Assembly (NCBI RefSeq): GCF_032191835.1
Contig: NC_083223.1
Span: forward strand, 229,524,001-229,588,000
DNA length: 64,000 bases
From: Heteronotia binoei
Taxonomy: Eukaryota
Direction: 5' to 3'
A program made the position numbers and the translations under genes. The notes below the pieces were generated by a model. It made no database searches. It was not told the DNA's origin and saw only the letters and a program-made list of their open reading frames with translations. Below, piece by piece: positions 23,754-37,625 of this stretch. The first letter of the stretch is position 1, and each line of letters begins with the position of its first letter.

Positions 23754-24640
23754 TGTGACGGTAATGAACAGGTTAACATGAAAACTAAGGACGCATAGAG
23801 CCTGCGTCAGGTGACCTGAGGGTGGGGGCCAGAGTGCTCAGAACTCTCAGAAGTGATTAACAGCTAATGGCTGAGGGCAGTTAGTGTCAGACAGAGTCTG
23901 AGGGAGACTGCTGAAGAAAGCAATTGGACTGAGAAGGAGCTGAGACAGGAGCTGAAGAGAGTCTTCGAGAGAAGCAAAGCTCACTGTTCACTCTATTTAG
24001 ACAGCCACGGGGCTGTGTGTGACTAGAGAAGAGTCACAGTAAAAGACCTGAGAGGTCACAGACACAGATACACGTCTCTTAAGAGCCAAAGAGATGGTTG
24101 AGGGAAAGATGTGGGTCTAGAAGTCTGAAGGACTGGGAGAAGAGGCACCAGTCGACTTAAGGGACTTGGCACATTATACCCAAGAGGCGAACCTAGAATA
24201 GTGTTGGAGAGTGAATTTATATGATCTGTGACACCTGAGAGAACTAAGGGAATTTGATATTATAAAGCCTGAACTACAAAGAAACTGTTAACTGCTTGAG
24301 ATACAATATAGTCCATGTATATATTTCCCATTCCCCAGTTGAAGACGGTGTGTGTACGCTAATAAATTTCTGTGGTTTACTTTAAAGTTCTCTGGTGCCA
24401 GTATATTGGGAAAACTATCAAAGCTGCTGTGGTCCCCTACAAACTGAGTTTATATCCATCTGAAAGCAAAACAAAACCCCCGAAGACACTAGTAGTGAGA
24501 AATCCATATTACACCCACCCCTTGAATTCCATAGCCGTGAGGTAAAATTTTAAAAGAAGAACTGAGGCGGAAGAATGGCTGGGGTAGCCATAAGCCGCAT
24601 ATAGAAGCGATCCAGTGAGACCACGAGGCGCGCTGTTATA
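23754..24640 (+). mobile_element. Solo LTR (887 bp), family unassigned
   Basis: TGTGAC...TGTTATA ends (the terminal CA reads TA). 5-bp TSD CCAAG (23749-23753, 24641-24645). TATAAA at 24261, AATAAA at 24361. No coding remnant. Confidence 0.8.
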
Positions 24641-25139
24641 CCAAGCAAGGAAGGGGGGGGGCTATATTATCAGGCCCTTCGTGTGGGGTTCTGGCAGAAC
24701 CCCAATGTGCACCCCCCCCCAAAAAAAAGTTTTTGCATGCATGTTTTGCATGCGGCATGATGATGTCACAGTGATATCATCACGCTGGGCACTTGGAGGA
24801 TGCTGGGGAATGGAAATGCCACTCTTCCAGCTCTGAGGGATTGGGGGAGCTCCTCCAATCCCTCAGAGCTGAAAGAACACTTGGCCCTTTACTTCCCCAG
24901 TACCCTTGGAGGACGCTGGGGAAGGGAAATGCCACTCTTTCGGCTCTGAGGGATCAGGGAAGCTCCTCCGATCTCTCAGAGCCAAGAAAAAATGAGCCAG
25001 AGGCTCAGGGACAGTGTGAGCAAAGAGGGGGCACCCGCCCCCAGCCCCTACTGGGAACTGGCACCCTAGGCAATCGCCTAGTTCACTGACTCCCACACAC
25101 TGGCCCTGTATATTATGTTACCAGCAGATCCCAGAGAGG

Positions 25140-25620
25140 TTGGGTGCCTGGGGGCAGTTTGGAGATGGATGAGGGCTAATAAACTGAAATTTAATTCCAA
25201 CAAAAGATAGGTGCTACTGGTGTGTGGGGAATACCCTGAAATTGGGATATCTTCTGTTCTGGATGGGATCACACTCCAACTAAAAAGCAGATTATAGTTT
25301 TGGGGTGCTGCTGGACCCCAGGTGGCAGAAGTAGCTGGGGGGTCTTTTTCCAGCTTTCGCTGGTGACCCAGTTGCAGCCCTTCCTGGGCAGGAAGGATCT
25401 GTGCACTGTGGAGTATGCCCTGGTAACATTTAGATTAGATTACTGCAATGCACTCTACATGGGGCTGCCACTGAAAACTATCTAGAAGCTAGAGTTGAAT
25501 ATAGTGCTGCAGCCAAAATATTGATTGGAGTTGGTCATAGGGACCATATCACTCCAGCCTCGTTTAATCTAAAATGCCCCCCAATTTGCTTCCAGCTCAA
25601 TACAAAATGCTGGAATTAAC
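25140..25620 (+). mobile_element. Decayed L2 LINE fragment
   Basis: ALVTFRLDYCNALYMGLPLKT motif. Confidence 0.75.
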
Positions 25621-25822
25621 CTTTAGAGAAGACTTGGCTTTTATACCTCACTTTTTCTCTAGCATTATGAGACTCAAAGCAGCTTACAATCTCCTTCCCT
25701 TCCTCTCCCCACAACAGGAACCTTGTGACAGGTGGAGCTGAGAGAGTTCTGAGAGATCTGTGGCTGTCCCAGGGTCACCTAACAGACTTTATGTGAAGGA
25801 GTCGGGAATCAAACCCAGTTCT

Positions 25823-26375
25823 CTGCCACTGCACTGGCTGCCATTTGTATACCAGGTTCGCTACAAAGTGTTGGTTATTACCTTTAAAGCCCTATATGGT
25901 CGAGGACCTGCCTACCTGAAGGACCGTCTCTCCCCATATGAACCCCAGAGAGCACTGAGGTCAGTGGGGAAGAACTGACTATCCCCAGGCCGAAGGAGGC
26001 AAAATTAAAGAATACTCGTACACGGGCCTTCTCCATTGCAGCTCCACACCTACGGAACCAGCTCCCGGAAGAAGTGCGGGCCCAGCGGAGCCTTGAACAG
26101 TTCTGCAGGGCCTGCAAGACCTTCCTCTTTAGGATGGCCTTTACCTGACTGAATGACTGATGGACTCGTCTTAAGTGATTCCGCCATCATACATACTTGC
26201 ATCTAATAGAATAGCACCAGAAATGTTAATTTTAAATTGGAATGTTTTAAGTTGAATGTTGATTTTAAAATTTGTTGCATAACTCATTGCACAGACTGAT
26301 TATGTTGTTAGCCGCCCTGAGCCTGCTTCGGCGGGGAGGGCAGGATATAAATAAAATGTTATTATTATATTATTA
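25823..26375 (+). mobile_element. L2 LINE 3' end
   Basis: LHWLPFVYQVRYKVLVITFKALYG; ends GGGCAGGATATAAATAAAATG(TTA)n. Confidence 0.85.
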
Positions 26376-28619
26376 TTACTCTTAACCAGTACATCATCCT
26401 GACTATAAAGATCGATATAGCTTAGGGCTGCCATACCTTAAGCCTTAAGGACTACCTTCTCCCATATGAACCTATCAGTCTTTGGAGGCTTCTGTTGGGT
26501 GCTCCTGCCATCTGAGGGTAGATGGATGGCACCCTGAGAAAGGACCTTCCTGGCTCCTATTATTGTAAAACTCAACCTGGCACCCAGTTCCTTCTTGACA
26601 CCACCCAGAATTCAAAAGCTTATTCCAACAATTGCAGGAAAGCTTTAGAGCAGCAACTGATCTTGGGGGAAAACACTGCACCAGCATCACCAAACACCTA
26701 ATGGATTACAAATGAGAAAAACTAGTAGTCTGAAAGCCAAAGTGGTAAGTAGCCTCCCCTTTCCCAGGTGGCAGGGTCTTTATACTGAGATGGTGAGAAG
26801 TTTCTTAATGCCTGTCCATCTAATGATGGCTCTGGGATCAGTTAGCAATTTTTCTTCAGGCCAGATTGGTAGAGATTCTGGAGGTTTTTGCCATCTTTTG
26901 GCCATGGAGCAGGGGTCACTGAGGATGTATGTGTGTGGGGGAGGTATTTGTGAAGTTCCTGAATTGTGCAGGGGGCTGGACTATATGCCCTTGGATGTCC
27001 CTTTCAACTCTATGATCCTATGGCAATCTTAAGGAGCAAAGACCACTTGATGCTGTTTTTACCAGGCATATGGTGGAATTAAGTTCAGGATCTATTGCTC
27101 TTTTAACTTTCAGATGACTGTGTTTTATTTTAGTGGAACATTATTATTGTTTCTTTAAAAAACGTTGTGAGCTGCCTCAAGAACTCAGTAGTGAAACAGA
27201 AATGTGTTATATAAATTTAAGTTTTGCACTGGGGACATTGTAGCAGTAGAGGCTGAACACACTTCCTACCTTTGGGAATCTCAACCACTGAAAATAAAAC
27301 CTGGCTCTATTTGCATGTCCCTCCTCTTTATCTGCATAGTCCTCTCCTGAGTTCTGGTTTTGGTCACGGTTGAGTGACAGAATATGGCGCAGGTAAATGG
27401 ATAGGTGGCAGCAACAGACACACAGAGATCTGAAAAGGAATCTGCAATTCTTAACCAAATCCACTTTGTCTTCTCTGTGCTGCACAAACACATGCCCAAT
27501 CCTTCCCCTCTGCCTTCACCAACACAACTCTTTAATGTTATAAGGGAGTCTGACATGCCCGTCTGCAGTGACATGTCCAAAAGATATGATCAAGATGAAA
27601 TGGGTGCCTTGCAATGGTTCATTTCACTGGTTGAGGCAATGAGAAGGATGAAAGTTGCACCAGGATCTTCTGCAGCTAAATTGACAGTCTGTCAAAATCC
27701 AGGCTGAAGGTTAAACTACTTTTTAAAGTCCTGCTGCTACACTTGGCTCCTGTTCCCCTGATAGATGAATGTCATCTCACCACATTTTACTGCTTCCTTA
27801 CTTGGCAATGATGTATAGAGTTTCACAGACCCTCTCTTGCAGCCATTTTGTTTCCTGTCTGAGGTCATTGTAAGACCCTGTCAGGGAATTTGTTCACTAA
27901 CAGTCACATCTTATGCTTTGTGGCCCAACAACTAAAATGTATTATTTTTTGCTTGGCAACTTGGACCTGGGTGCAAATCAGTACTGAGCTATGATGCCTT
28001 TCCTTAGCTAGTCTTGTTTCTTAGCCTGACCTACTGTGCAGAATTGTTGGGAATTCACTGAAAGAAGGGTGGGGTTTGGAATGAACTGAAGAACAATTAT
28101 GACTGAGCAGATATTGTTCATTTCCTACTTTATTGTTCTGGCAATTCTCTTTGTGGTGTATCCTATTCCTTTTAATTCCAGCTTAGATAGGAGGATTTCT
28201 TCCAAAATTACTTCCAAAATTGAAACAAACATAGTTCTCCAGTTTTTAGATCAATTCCAAGTTTCCCTCTTCTGTATTATCAATGTATACATGAGTATTG
28301 ATAAAACAAAGACTTGATGTGATTACACAGGCTGATTGCATCAATGTTCTTTTTATGCATTGGTTCATTGATGAACACATGTGCTCATTCAGTGCACTGG
28401 CAAAACAAAACACCACACAGCAATAATCTTATATATATATATGATTGTATATCCCCCCTCTGCAGTGTTTTATCAATGCACAAATAGCATCAGCTAAGAT
28501 ATGGAAAATCAGCCATGGACAGGAATGTATGAAATAAAGAACTGAGAATCTCTAACATAATGGAAACACTTTGGAAACAAGATCAGCTCATTTAGAAATA
28601 TAAAATCTGCTGGAAAATT

Positions 28620-31560
28620 CATAGAAACATAGAACTAGAGGGGACTTTAAGGGTCATCTATTCCAATTCCAATACAGGAAATTCACAACTACTTCCCATC
28701 CCCAGTCCTCCAGTGACCCCTACTCTATGCCCAGAGGAAGAAAAAAAAAAAAAAGCTCCAGGATCATGGGTCTATCTGGCCTTGAGGAAAATTCCTTCCT
28801 GATCCTAAAATGCAGGGCTTTTTTTTGTAGAAGAAGCCCAGCGGAAACTCGTTTGCATATCAGACAACACCCCTTGGTGTCACCATTATTTCACACAGGA
28901 ATCATTTGCATATTAGCCACACCTCCTGACACCAAGCCAACTGGAACTGTATTCTTGAGTGTTCCTGCTCAAAAAAAGCCCTGCTAAAATGGCAATTTAG
29001 ATTACCCTGACCATGTAAGAAAGGACCATGAGAACCAAGCACTGACTCATCCCTTCCTATCCACCTTCTCAAAATCTGTCTAAATTTTCAGATTTGCAGT
29101 CAGGTTACTATTTAGCCTCTGCTTAAAAACCTCTAAAGAAGGAGAGCTTGCCACATCCTAAGGAATCCGTTCCACTGAGGAACTGCTCTGTCAGGAAGTT
29201 CTTCCTAACGTTAAGCCAAAAACTGTTTTGATTTAATTTTCATCAATTGGTTCTGGTACCACCTGCTGGAGCAACAGAAAAACAACTTCCCTCCATCCTC
29301 TATATGAAAGCCCTTTGAATACTTGATATCACCTCTCTGTTGTCTCCTCTCCAGGCTAGACATATCCAGTCCTTCAACTTTTCCTCGCAGGACGATCTCC
29401 AGACCACTCTACATCTTCAATGCTGTCCTCTGGACAATATCCTACTTAAATTGCGGTACCCAAAACTGAACACAATACTCCAAGTGAGGTCCAAATAGAG
29501 CAGAGTAAAGTAATACCATCACTTGCGTTAACTGGACACTATACTTCTGTTGATGCAGCCCAAAATCACATTTACCGTTTAAGTTGCCACATCACACTGC
29601 CAACTTATATTCAGTGTAAGGTTTACTAAGACCCCTGGATCATTTTTGCAGTTACTACTGCTAAGACAATTATCTCTAAGACAATTATCTCCCATACTAT
29701 AATTATGCATTTGATTTTTTCCTACCTAAATGCAGGACTTTACATTTTTCTTTGTTGAAATTCATTTTGTTAATTTTAAACCAGTTTTCCAGTCTGTCAA
29801 GTTCATATTGTATCTTGAGTCTGTCTTCTATGCATTTGCTACTCCTCCCAGTTTTATATCATCTGCAAATTTAATTAGCATCCCCTCTATTCCATAATCC
29901 AATACATTTATAAAGATGTTGAACAAAACAGGTCCCAAGACAGATCCCTGAGGCACTCCACTTGTCACTGCTCTCCCAGAGGATGTGGAACTATTAACAA
30001 GCACTCTTTGGGTAAGATCTGTCAACCAGTTAAAATCCACCTAACAGTAATAGGAGCCAAACCACATTTTACTAACTTGTCAGCAAGAATATCATGTGAA
30101 ACATTATCAAAATCCTTACTGAAATCAAGATAAACTATGTCCACAGTATTCCCTTGATCCAACAAGGCAGTAAGTCTGTCAAAAAAAAATAAATAAGATT
30201 AGTCTTACATGACTTGTCATTGAGAAACCCGTGCTGGCTCTTAATCACAGTCATCCTTTCTAAATGCTCAAGGACTGACTGACTGATGATTTTTTCTAAA
30301 ATCTTTCCAGGTATAGACATCAAGCTGATGAGTCAGTAGTTACCTGGATCCTTCTTTCCCCCATTCTTGAAGATGGGGACAAAATTTGCTCCTGGCACCT
30401 CACCTGTTCTCCAAGAATCTTCAAAAATAATGGTCAGAGACCCCACAATTACATCAGCAAGTTCTCTTAGTAACCTCAGGTGCAATTCTTCCAGCCCTGA
30501 GCATTTTACTTGAAGAAACTAGGCATTTATGTACCACCCCTATGCTTATCTTAGGCTGCAGCTCCTTTCCCTCATCATGTGTTCTCTTTTTGGCTGGACT
30601 GAGCACCATTTCTTTTGCAAGAGAAGAGTGAGGTAAAGAAAGAGTTGGGCAGTGCTGCCCTCTCTTCATCACCTGTTAAAGTTCCACTTTCCTCTCCCTG
30701 CAATGGGCTTACCACTTCCTCATTTCTTTTTTGCTCTGAACATAACCAAAGAACTTTTTTCTGTTGAGTTTAGAAGAGGAGATTGGATTTATACCCTGCC
30801 CTACACTCAGTGTCTCAGAGCAGTTTTACAATCTCCTTCCCTTTCTCTCCCAACAACAGACACTCTGTGAAGTAGGTGGGACTGGGAGAGCTCTGAGAGA
30901 ACTGCTCTTGAGAGAACAGGTCTGAGAGCGTTACCCAGCTGACTGCACATGAAGGAGTGTGGAATCAAACCTGGTTCTCCAGATTAGAGTCCACCACTCT
31001 TAACCACTATACCAAATTTAGCATATTTTGTTAGCCTAAACTCATATTGAGCTTTAGCTTTCCTAACTCTCTCCCTAACAGCACTGGCTATCTCACATTC
31101 ATGCTGGGTTATATAGCCCTCCTTCCATTTCCTAAATTAGTCTTTTTAAAAATTCTCAAATCTTTAGGAAGCTGTTTATGGAACTATCCTGGCTTCTTTA
31201 GGTTCCTCCCATTTTCCCTTCTCATTGGAATCATTTATGATTGTGCCTTCAATACCTTGCTTTTTAGAAACTCTCACCCCTCCTGAGCTCTCTCCTCCTT
31301 AGGTATTTCTGACCATTGTATTCTACCCAGCATAACTTTAAATTTGTTAAAGTTAGATTTTCTATAGTCCAACCTATATGTCTATGTCCAGCTTTTCCCT
31401 TCTCCAAGATCTTAAATTTCAAAATTACATGGTAACTGCAACCCAGATTATCCACTACATTCACCTCATCAACCAGTTCTTTCCCTTGGTGAGAATCGAA
31501 TCCAAGATAGCAGACCCTTTTGTTTCCTTCTCCAGCAGCTAAGGATGATTTTGGGAGCAT
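28620..31560 (-). mobile_element. Old, decayed CR1 LINE interrupted by a hAT MITE and a SINE
   Basis: ORF remnants [20 protein letters not shown]...KFADD (30040-29828) and SIPGKILEKII (30323-30135). CR1 3' tail at 28620. Confidence 0.88.
28813..28983. mobile_element. hAT MITE (CAGGGCTTTTTTT family; another copy at 43823-43937)
   Basis: TIR CAGGGCTTTTTTT/AAAAAAAGCCCTG; perfect 8-bp TSD CTAAAATG. Confidence 0.88.
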
Positions 31561-31588
31561 CCCTTTGCTACAAAACTCTACATGCACA

Positions 31589-31810
31589 ACATAGAATCAC
31601 AGAGTTGGAAGGGACATCCAGGGTCATCTAGTCCAACCCCCTGAACAATGCAGGAAATTCACAAATGCCGCCTCCTAAATTCACAGGATCCTCACTGCTG
31701 TCAGATGGCCATCTAGCCATTGTTTAAAAACCTCAAAGGAAGGAAAGCCCACCACCTCCTGAGGAAGCCTGTTCCACTGAGGAACCACTGTAATGGTCAG
31801 GAAGTTCTTC
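31589..31810 (-). mobile_element. CR1 3' fragment
   Basis: FWLNIRKNFLT...QWNRLPQEVVG remnant and an ATTCTATG-type tail. Confidence 0.8.
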
Positions 31811-33716
31811 CTAATGTTGAGCCAAAAACTCTTTTGATTTAATTTCAAAGCATCTGTTTTATCCCAAGAAGCTGATCTCTGTAGTCTGGAGCTGAAATAT
31901 AATTCTGATGGATCCCCAGGTACCACCTGGAGGCTGGCCTGGCATCCCTATCAGAGGGGTATAATGCCATAAAGCCCACCCTCCAAAGCAGCCATTTTCT
32001 CCAGGTGAACTGATCTCTGTAGCCTGGAGATCAGTTGTACTTCTGGGAGATCTTCAGCCATCACTTGGAGATTAGCAACCCTACTTACTTTTTAGTGTAA
32101 CAATTCTCAGGGTGGGAACAACAATCAAACTAAAATATCGATGAAACTATTTAATATGCAGGAAGAAAACCATAGCAGGTAATAAATCCAAACTGGAAAA
32201 TTAACAACAACTAGAACAACAAAAACCCTGCTTGCCTTAATAAATATGTCTTTGAACATCATTTAAAAGATCTAACATTTCAAATATGGCAAACCTGTGC
32301 AATCACATCAAAACTTTGTTTTATCAATACTCATGTACAGTAATGAGTTAAGCACCAGCATTAAGAAATCCCTCAATACAATGACCACTATAACCTAACA
32401 GAAGAACATGAAATGATCAAAAATTAATCTGTGCTAAAGTTTCAATTATATTACTTCAACTATATTATACTAAACAACATGAAGGAGGGAGGTTCCATCA
32501 AAACTAGAGATGCCAGGACTGCGTTTTCTGTTTTCTCTCTGCAAACTTGGTACTATTTTATGTCTTGTGCTGCTGAAGCAAGACATCGGCATTCAACTTC
32601 TAGTACTTTATTAATACTGTAATTGTATGCTTACTTTGTATCACTGCAGACATTTTTTATTTCCCTAGAAACTGTAGTTTAGTAAGCATGCCCAACTTTT
32701 CTATTAGAGATGAGTAGCCTCTGCTTCCTGAAATGAAGTTTACAGACTGTTTTCAGAGACATCACCACACACAAAGACTGGAGTAACAGTTTGGAGGACT
32801 ACTGATAGACAAGGATACTCTCAGACTGAGCTTCATCTTTCAAATCCACCAGAAGTTCTATATCTAGAGTTCAAAGTCTGGCTCTCACAGCTGTCTTTTA
32901 CTCTTTGCATACGTCTGGAACTAGAAGTGCTTATCTCTGCTTCCTGGATTATCTACTTGTAAGCCCTGTCTATCTACCTACTTATGCAAAGAACAGGTCT
33001 AAAAGTTATTGAGACTGAGCCCACAGCCCTAGCCCTCACCTTTGCCTTTTTCTCCTGTACCTTTTCTAAATACTGATACCTGCCTTTCTTTCTGCCTTCT
33101 CTTCCATTCTTATTATCTCATGTTTCATATAGATTATACATACATGCACATGTGTATACACACGTATATCTCAGGTGGCCTAGTCTACAGTATGTAGCAA
33201 GTAAAATATAAATTCCAGTCAGTTCCCTGGAAATCATTTCCCAAGTCATGAGCTGCCAGGAAGTGGAAAGCTTTCAGAACCCCATGAACAGAAGCAAGCT
33301 AGGCAAGTGTGTCATTAAAACGTAGCAAGAAAAATAGCCTTGTTTAATTGAAAAAACTGCCTAGTCTGGGGCAGAATTCTCACATTACATTAATCATCCA
33401 TATAATAGATGGATAGATGCACAGTGTGATGCATCTATGATACATTATCTGTCTGTACACCATCTTAGATGATTAACAGTGTCACACTAAGCAGTGTTAC
33501 AACCTTCTAAGCCTGTTAACTTAAATGGATTTAAAGAGGTGTAACTCTGTTCAGGATTGCAGTACTAAAAGGGGGGCTCAGAATGCTCATGAGGGAGGCT
33601 GATTCTCATTTCCTTATTCCCATCTCCCTCTTGTTTTTTCGCGCTTTGACCCCTATTGCAGTGCCTGCAGCTTCCCTTCTTTTCACCCACTCAAATCAAG
33701 TCAAATCGGTCAAATC

Positions 33717-33985
33717 AAGACTGAACTCTTCCTAGAAGCTAAAATGACTAAACTGAAGCTATCATTCTTTGATCACATTATGAGAAGACAAAGGCACTAG
33801 AAAAGACAATAATGCTAGGAAAAGCTGAAGGCAGCAGGAAAAGTAGAAGTCTTAGTATGAGATGGATTGACTCAATCAAGGAACTCATGAACCTTGGTTT
33901 GTAAGACCTGAACGATATCGTTAATGATAGGTCATTTAATTCATAAGGTCACCATAACTTGGAAGCACTTAATGTGCTCACATCT
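33717..33985 (+). mobile_element. BovB-like RTE LINE 3' fragment, decayed
   Basis: Frameshifted translation LEAKMTKLKLSFFDHIMRR..LEKTIMLGKAEGSRK...MRWIDSIKE. Confidence 0.75.
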
Positions 33986-34133
33986 TCTGATTCATACTCT
34001 TGGCTGTGTTTTATATCATATTCTGTTGCTTAAAAGGGTTGGATGCTGTGGCATCAAAATGCATAAAATAGAGGACAGCTAGGAAACAAATTTATTTCCA
34101 TGTAAAATGAAACTCCAGAATCTCAATGACTTT

Positions 34134-36330
34134 CAATCCAATCCAATCCAATCCAAATACCATTATTGGCATAGAAATAAAAAGTACAGCATAGCAAATT
34201 TACATGGAGTTTCAGCTATAAAAACCAGTCAAACATCAAGAAGGGGAGCTAGTCTTTTGCTCCCTGATTGTTATGGCAGCCAAAAGGTACTTTGCAACCA
34301 GGCTTGTGATATGGGAACATTGGTCAGATAGTAGAAAAAAAACGAACTTCGCTTCATGTAATTCATAAAAATTAGACAGAATAGGTTTGATTATACAGTC
34401 CCACACTTCCCCATAAAAATCACAATAAAGTAAGACATGGGCGACCGTTTCAAAATGCCTTCCATTACATGGGCAGACTCTATCCTGATAAGGGAATTTG
34501 GCAAACCTCCCAGACAATACTGCTGAGGGTAGAACATTGAGTCTTGCTAACATAAAAGAGCACCGTAACTGGGGTGATGTAATCTGGGAAAGGTAGGCAG
34601 CAGGCAGCCAATGATCTGGGAAGATACCAAATGCTAAAGGGGAACAAGTTTTATGTCCAGAAGAACAAAGGGACTGTTTCTCAATATCTAAGATCCTCTG
34701 TTTCAGGATTCTGAATCCCTGCGTTTCACTTAGCATACAGAGGTTGTCCAAGGGTACACCTATGGAATGTAAATTCTTTTGGATCTGACTATACCAAGTG
34801 GAAACGAAGGAATCCACTAGCATCATATGGATATAACCAGCAGGGTCTGCCCTAAAGTGTAGGCATAGCCAAAACTTTATAGTTAGTAGCCATGCCCTGG
34901 TCTCAATCAAATTGGTTTCAGTCTCTAGGCACATTGCAGCACAGCTGACACAGTTGGGGACCCCTAAAATATGGTGTAAAAATGCTGCCTGAATTTGTCC
35001 AAGTTGGAAATTGAGGGTGCAAACCCAAATGGGGATCCCATATATCAACTGAGAAACTGTTTTAGCATTAAAAACATGAATGGCAGCTGGGACAAATTGG
35101 TTGCCGTTCTTGTAAAAAAACCTAACCACCGCATATGAACTACACCTTGCTGAGATGACTGCTTGTTTGCGTTGTACTGTCCAGTTATGATTATGTTGGA
35201 AAAAGACCTCCAAGTATTTGAAAGATTTCACCTGTTCAATATTATTTCCCTTAGGCACCAGCTTTTGGATTTTACATCGTTTATAGACAGGAAATTTGTC
35301 TCACGGTATGAAAAAAAGCAAGTAACAGGCGCTTGAGGCCCTTCTGCGAATGTGACAGTACAACTGCATTGTCGGCGTATAGCAATAAGGGGATAACGGA
35401 TGGCCCAAATTTGGGGGCGTGACCATCAATAGCATTTAGAGAGGGGGCCAGATCATTCAGGAATAAATTGAACAAATAGGGGGCTAGAATCCAGCCCTGT
35501 TTGACTCCCCGATTGGAAATGATCTTTGAAGTTAATGCACCCAGGTCATTATATCGCACTTGACGCCTATTAAGGGAATACATTTTACAAATAAGAAAAA
35601 GTAGGCGTTTCTCCAGACCTATTATGTTCAATTTGTTCCAGAGAAGATCCCTGGGAATAGAGTCAAATGCCCTTTTAAATCAAGGAAGGCCACAAACAGC
35701 CTTCTCCCCCTTCTACCACTGTATTTCTCTATCAGATGGTTAAGAATTATACAGTGGTCCATTGTAGATTTTGTTCTTTTATTTTATTTGTTCTTTTATT
35801 TTACTTGGGAGATTTTGTTCTTGAGTTTTCCAAAGAGGTGTCTCGCATATAATTTGCCTGCTATGTCAAGCAGACTAATTGGGCGATAGTTCTCTGGTTC
35901 TTGTGGGTCACTCTTCTTATAAATTGGGACAACTATGGAATTTGTCCATGATTCAGGCATGGTCCCTGTTTTATCGATCACTGTGAAGAGAGTCGCCAGC
36001 AGGAAGGCCACCAGTCAGAATTGTTTGTAAATAATTCTGGTGCATCTGGGCCTGGGGCCTTCCCCACCTTCAAATGATTGATTAGATTATTAATCTCATT
36101 AGGACTAACAGGGGGCCATTCAGGTAGATCAGGGGGGATTTGTTCTTGCCGATCAGATACAATGGTCAGAGGGTAAAAAAATAAATGATGGAAATGGTCT
36201 ATCCAGACCTCGGCAGGAATGGAATGTCTAGAACAGTGGCTCTTCACATCAGAAGCACCAGTAACTAATGACCAGAAAAGCTTACTGTTAGAGGCAGTAG
36301 AGGCACTAATAAGCAAATCCCAGTTCTTAA
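34134..36330 (-). mobile_element. 5'-truncated non-LTR retrotransposon (RT plus C-terminal CCHC; RTE-X-like, clade uncertain)
   Basis: KAPGPD, NYRPISLL, GVKQGWILAPYLFNLF, LYADN (mutated YADD), C-terminal CPCN...ETVAHVLLYC. 3' tail GCCAATAATGGTATTTG(GATTG)4. Confidence 0.88.
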
Positions 36331-37164
36331 TGGATAATTGTCTGATTTAGAACTAGTGCTCTCTGTTTGTACAAGACTGTGAGAGGAAGGTGGTAGTGCA
36401 TGTGAAATGGTAAAAAGCATATAATGTAACTGCCATATATGTGCATGTTGCAACATGTATTTCACCTAACCAATGAGAAGCCAACCACAGTACTTGAGAT
36501 AGAAAAGAAGGAGGAGGAAGGATAGCCCAGCCTCCTTCTGTCAGGATTTTAAGCATCTCAAGTAAGGAGAAAATGACCTTGATATTTCTTTGCTCTGATT
36601 GAAATTATTTCAGAACAGTTCTGAAAAGTATATAAAAATTATTGCATATATACCTCACTTTTCAGCCTAGATTGGCTGTCAATGTCCATCATAAAAATGC
36701 AATATGAGGTATACATGTGGGTGAATGCTGTATATGAGTGTATATATTTGCAGCTACAGTTCAGATTTCAGAGTCTGCATTTCTTACGTGTTATGTTGCT
36801 CTTGCTACAGCCAGCCTGTCTAGTTGATTCCTTCTGTGCATTTTTAATTAAAGCCAATTGCAGAACCTTCATAAAATACACAATCAGTATTCTGATTATG
36901 GCAGAGAAATGTAAAGCCCTGTTTTTCGTTCTCCACAGGATGAAAGAAGTTTCACTATTACAGTAGCATCTGTTAGGGCCTACCAGAAAAAATAATAAGA
37001 TAGCAGTTTTATGACATTCTCATTGCTTTTATTTTGATCTGTTTTCTCCAGATATATTCTGCCACTCACTGGCAGTTTAAATTCCAGATTTTCCTATCCT
37101 TAGGTCTGAGTGACTCTTCTCTATCCAATATAGGAAGATGGCAGGCTGAGAAATCAGCTAGGGA

Positions 37165-37445
37165 AATTCATAGAAATGGAAGGGACCTCCAAGGTCATCT
37201 TGTCCAACCCCCTGCACAATGCAGAAGCCTTGCAAACAGCCACAGTGACCCCTCCAACAACCCCAGTGACCCCTTCTCCACATGCAGAAGATGACAAAAA
37301 ATCCTCCAGAATCCCTGGCCAAACTGGCCTGGAAACAATTGCTTCCTGACCCCAGAGTGGTGATTGGCATTTCCCTGGGTGTGTAAAAAAAAGGCCAAAA
37401 ACTAAGCACTGATGCAACCCTTCCTGCCTCATGATCTGGCTAACA
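37165..37445 (-). mobile_element. CR1 3' UTR fragment
   Basis: Shares CATAGA...GGAAGGGACCTCCAAGGTCATCT.GTCCAACCCCCTGCACAATG with the 31589 and 55833 copies. Confidence 0.7.
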
Positions 37446-37625
37446 ACATTAAGTAAAACCTTTTAAAGAGTCATATAATCTTTTGCACACATTATAAAGA
37501 AGTACAACATTACAAGAAAAGTCCAATCCAATGAGCACCCAGATATAGGATCATTTTATTAAAAAACTTCCTCAGAATTCAGAGTATTCCTATTTCCTTC
37601 AAGGTTATCAGCCTCTTGTTACAAT

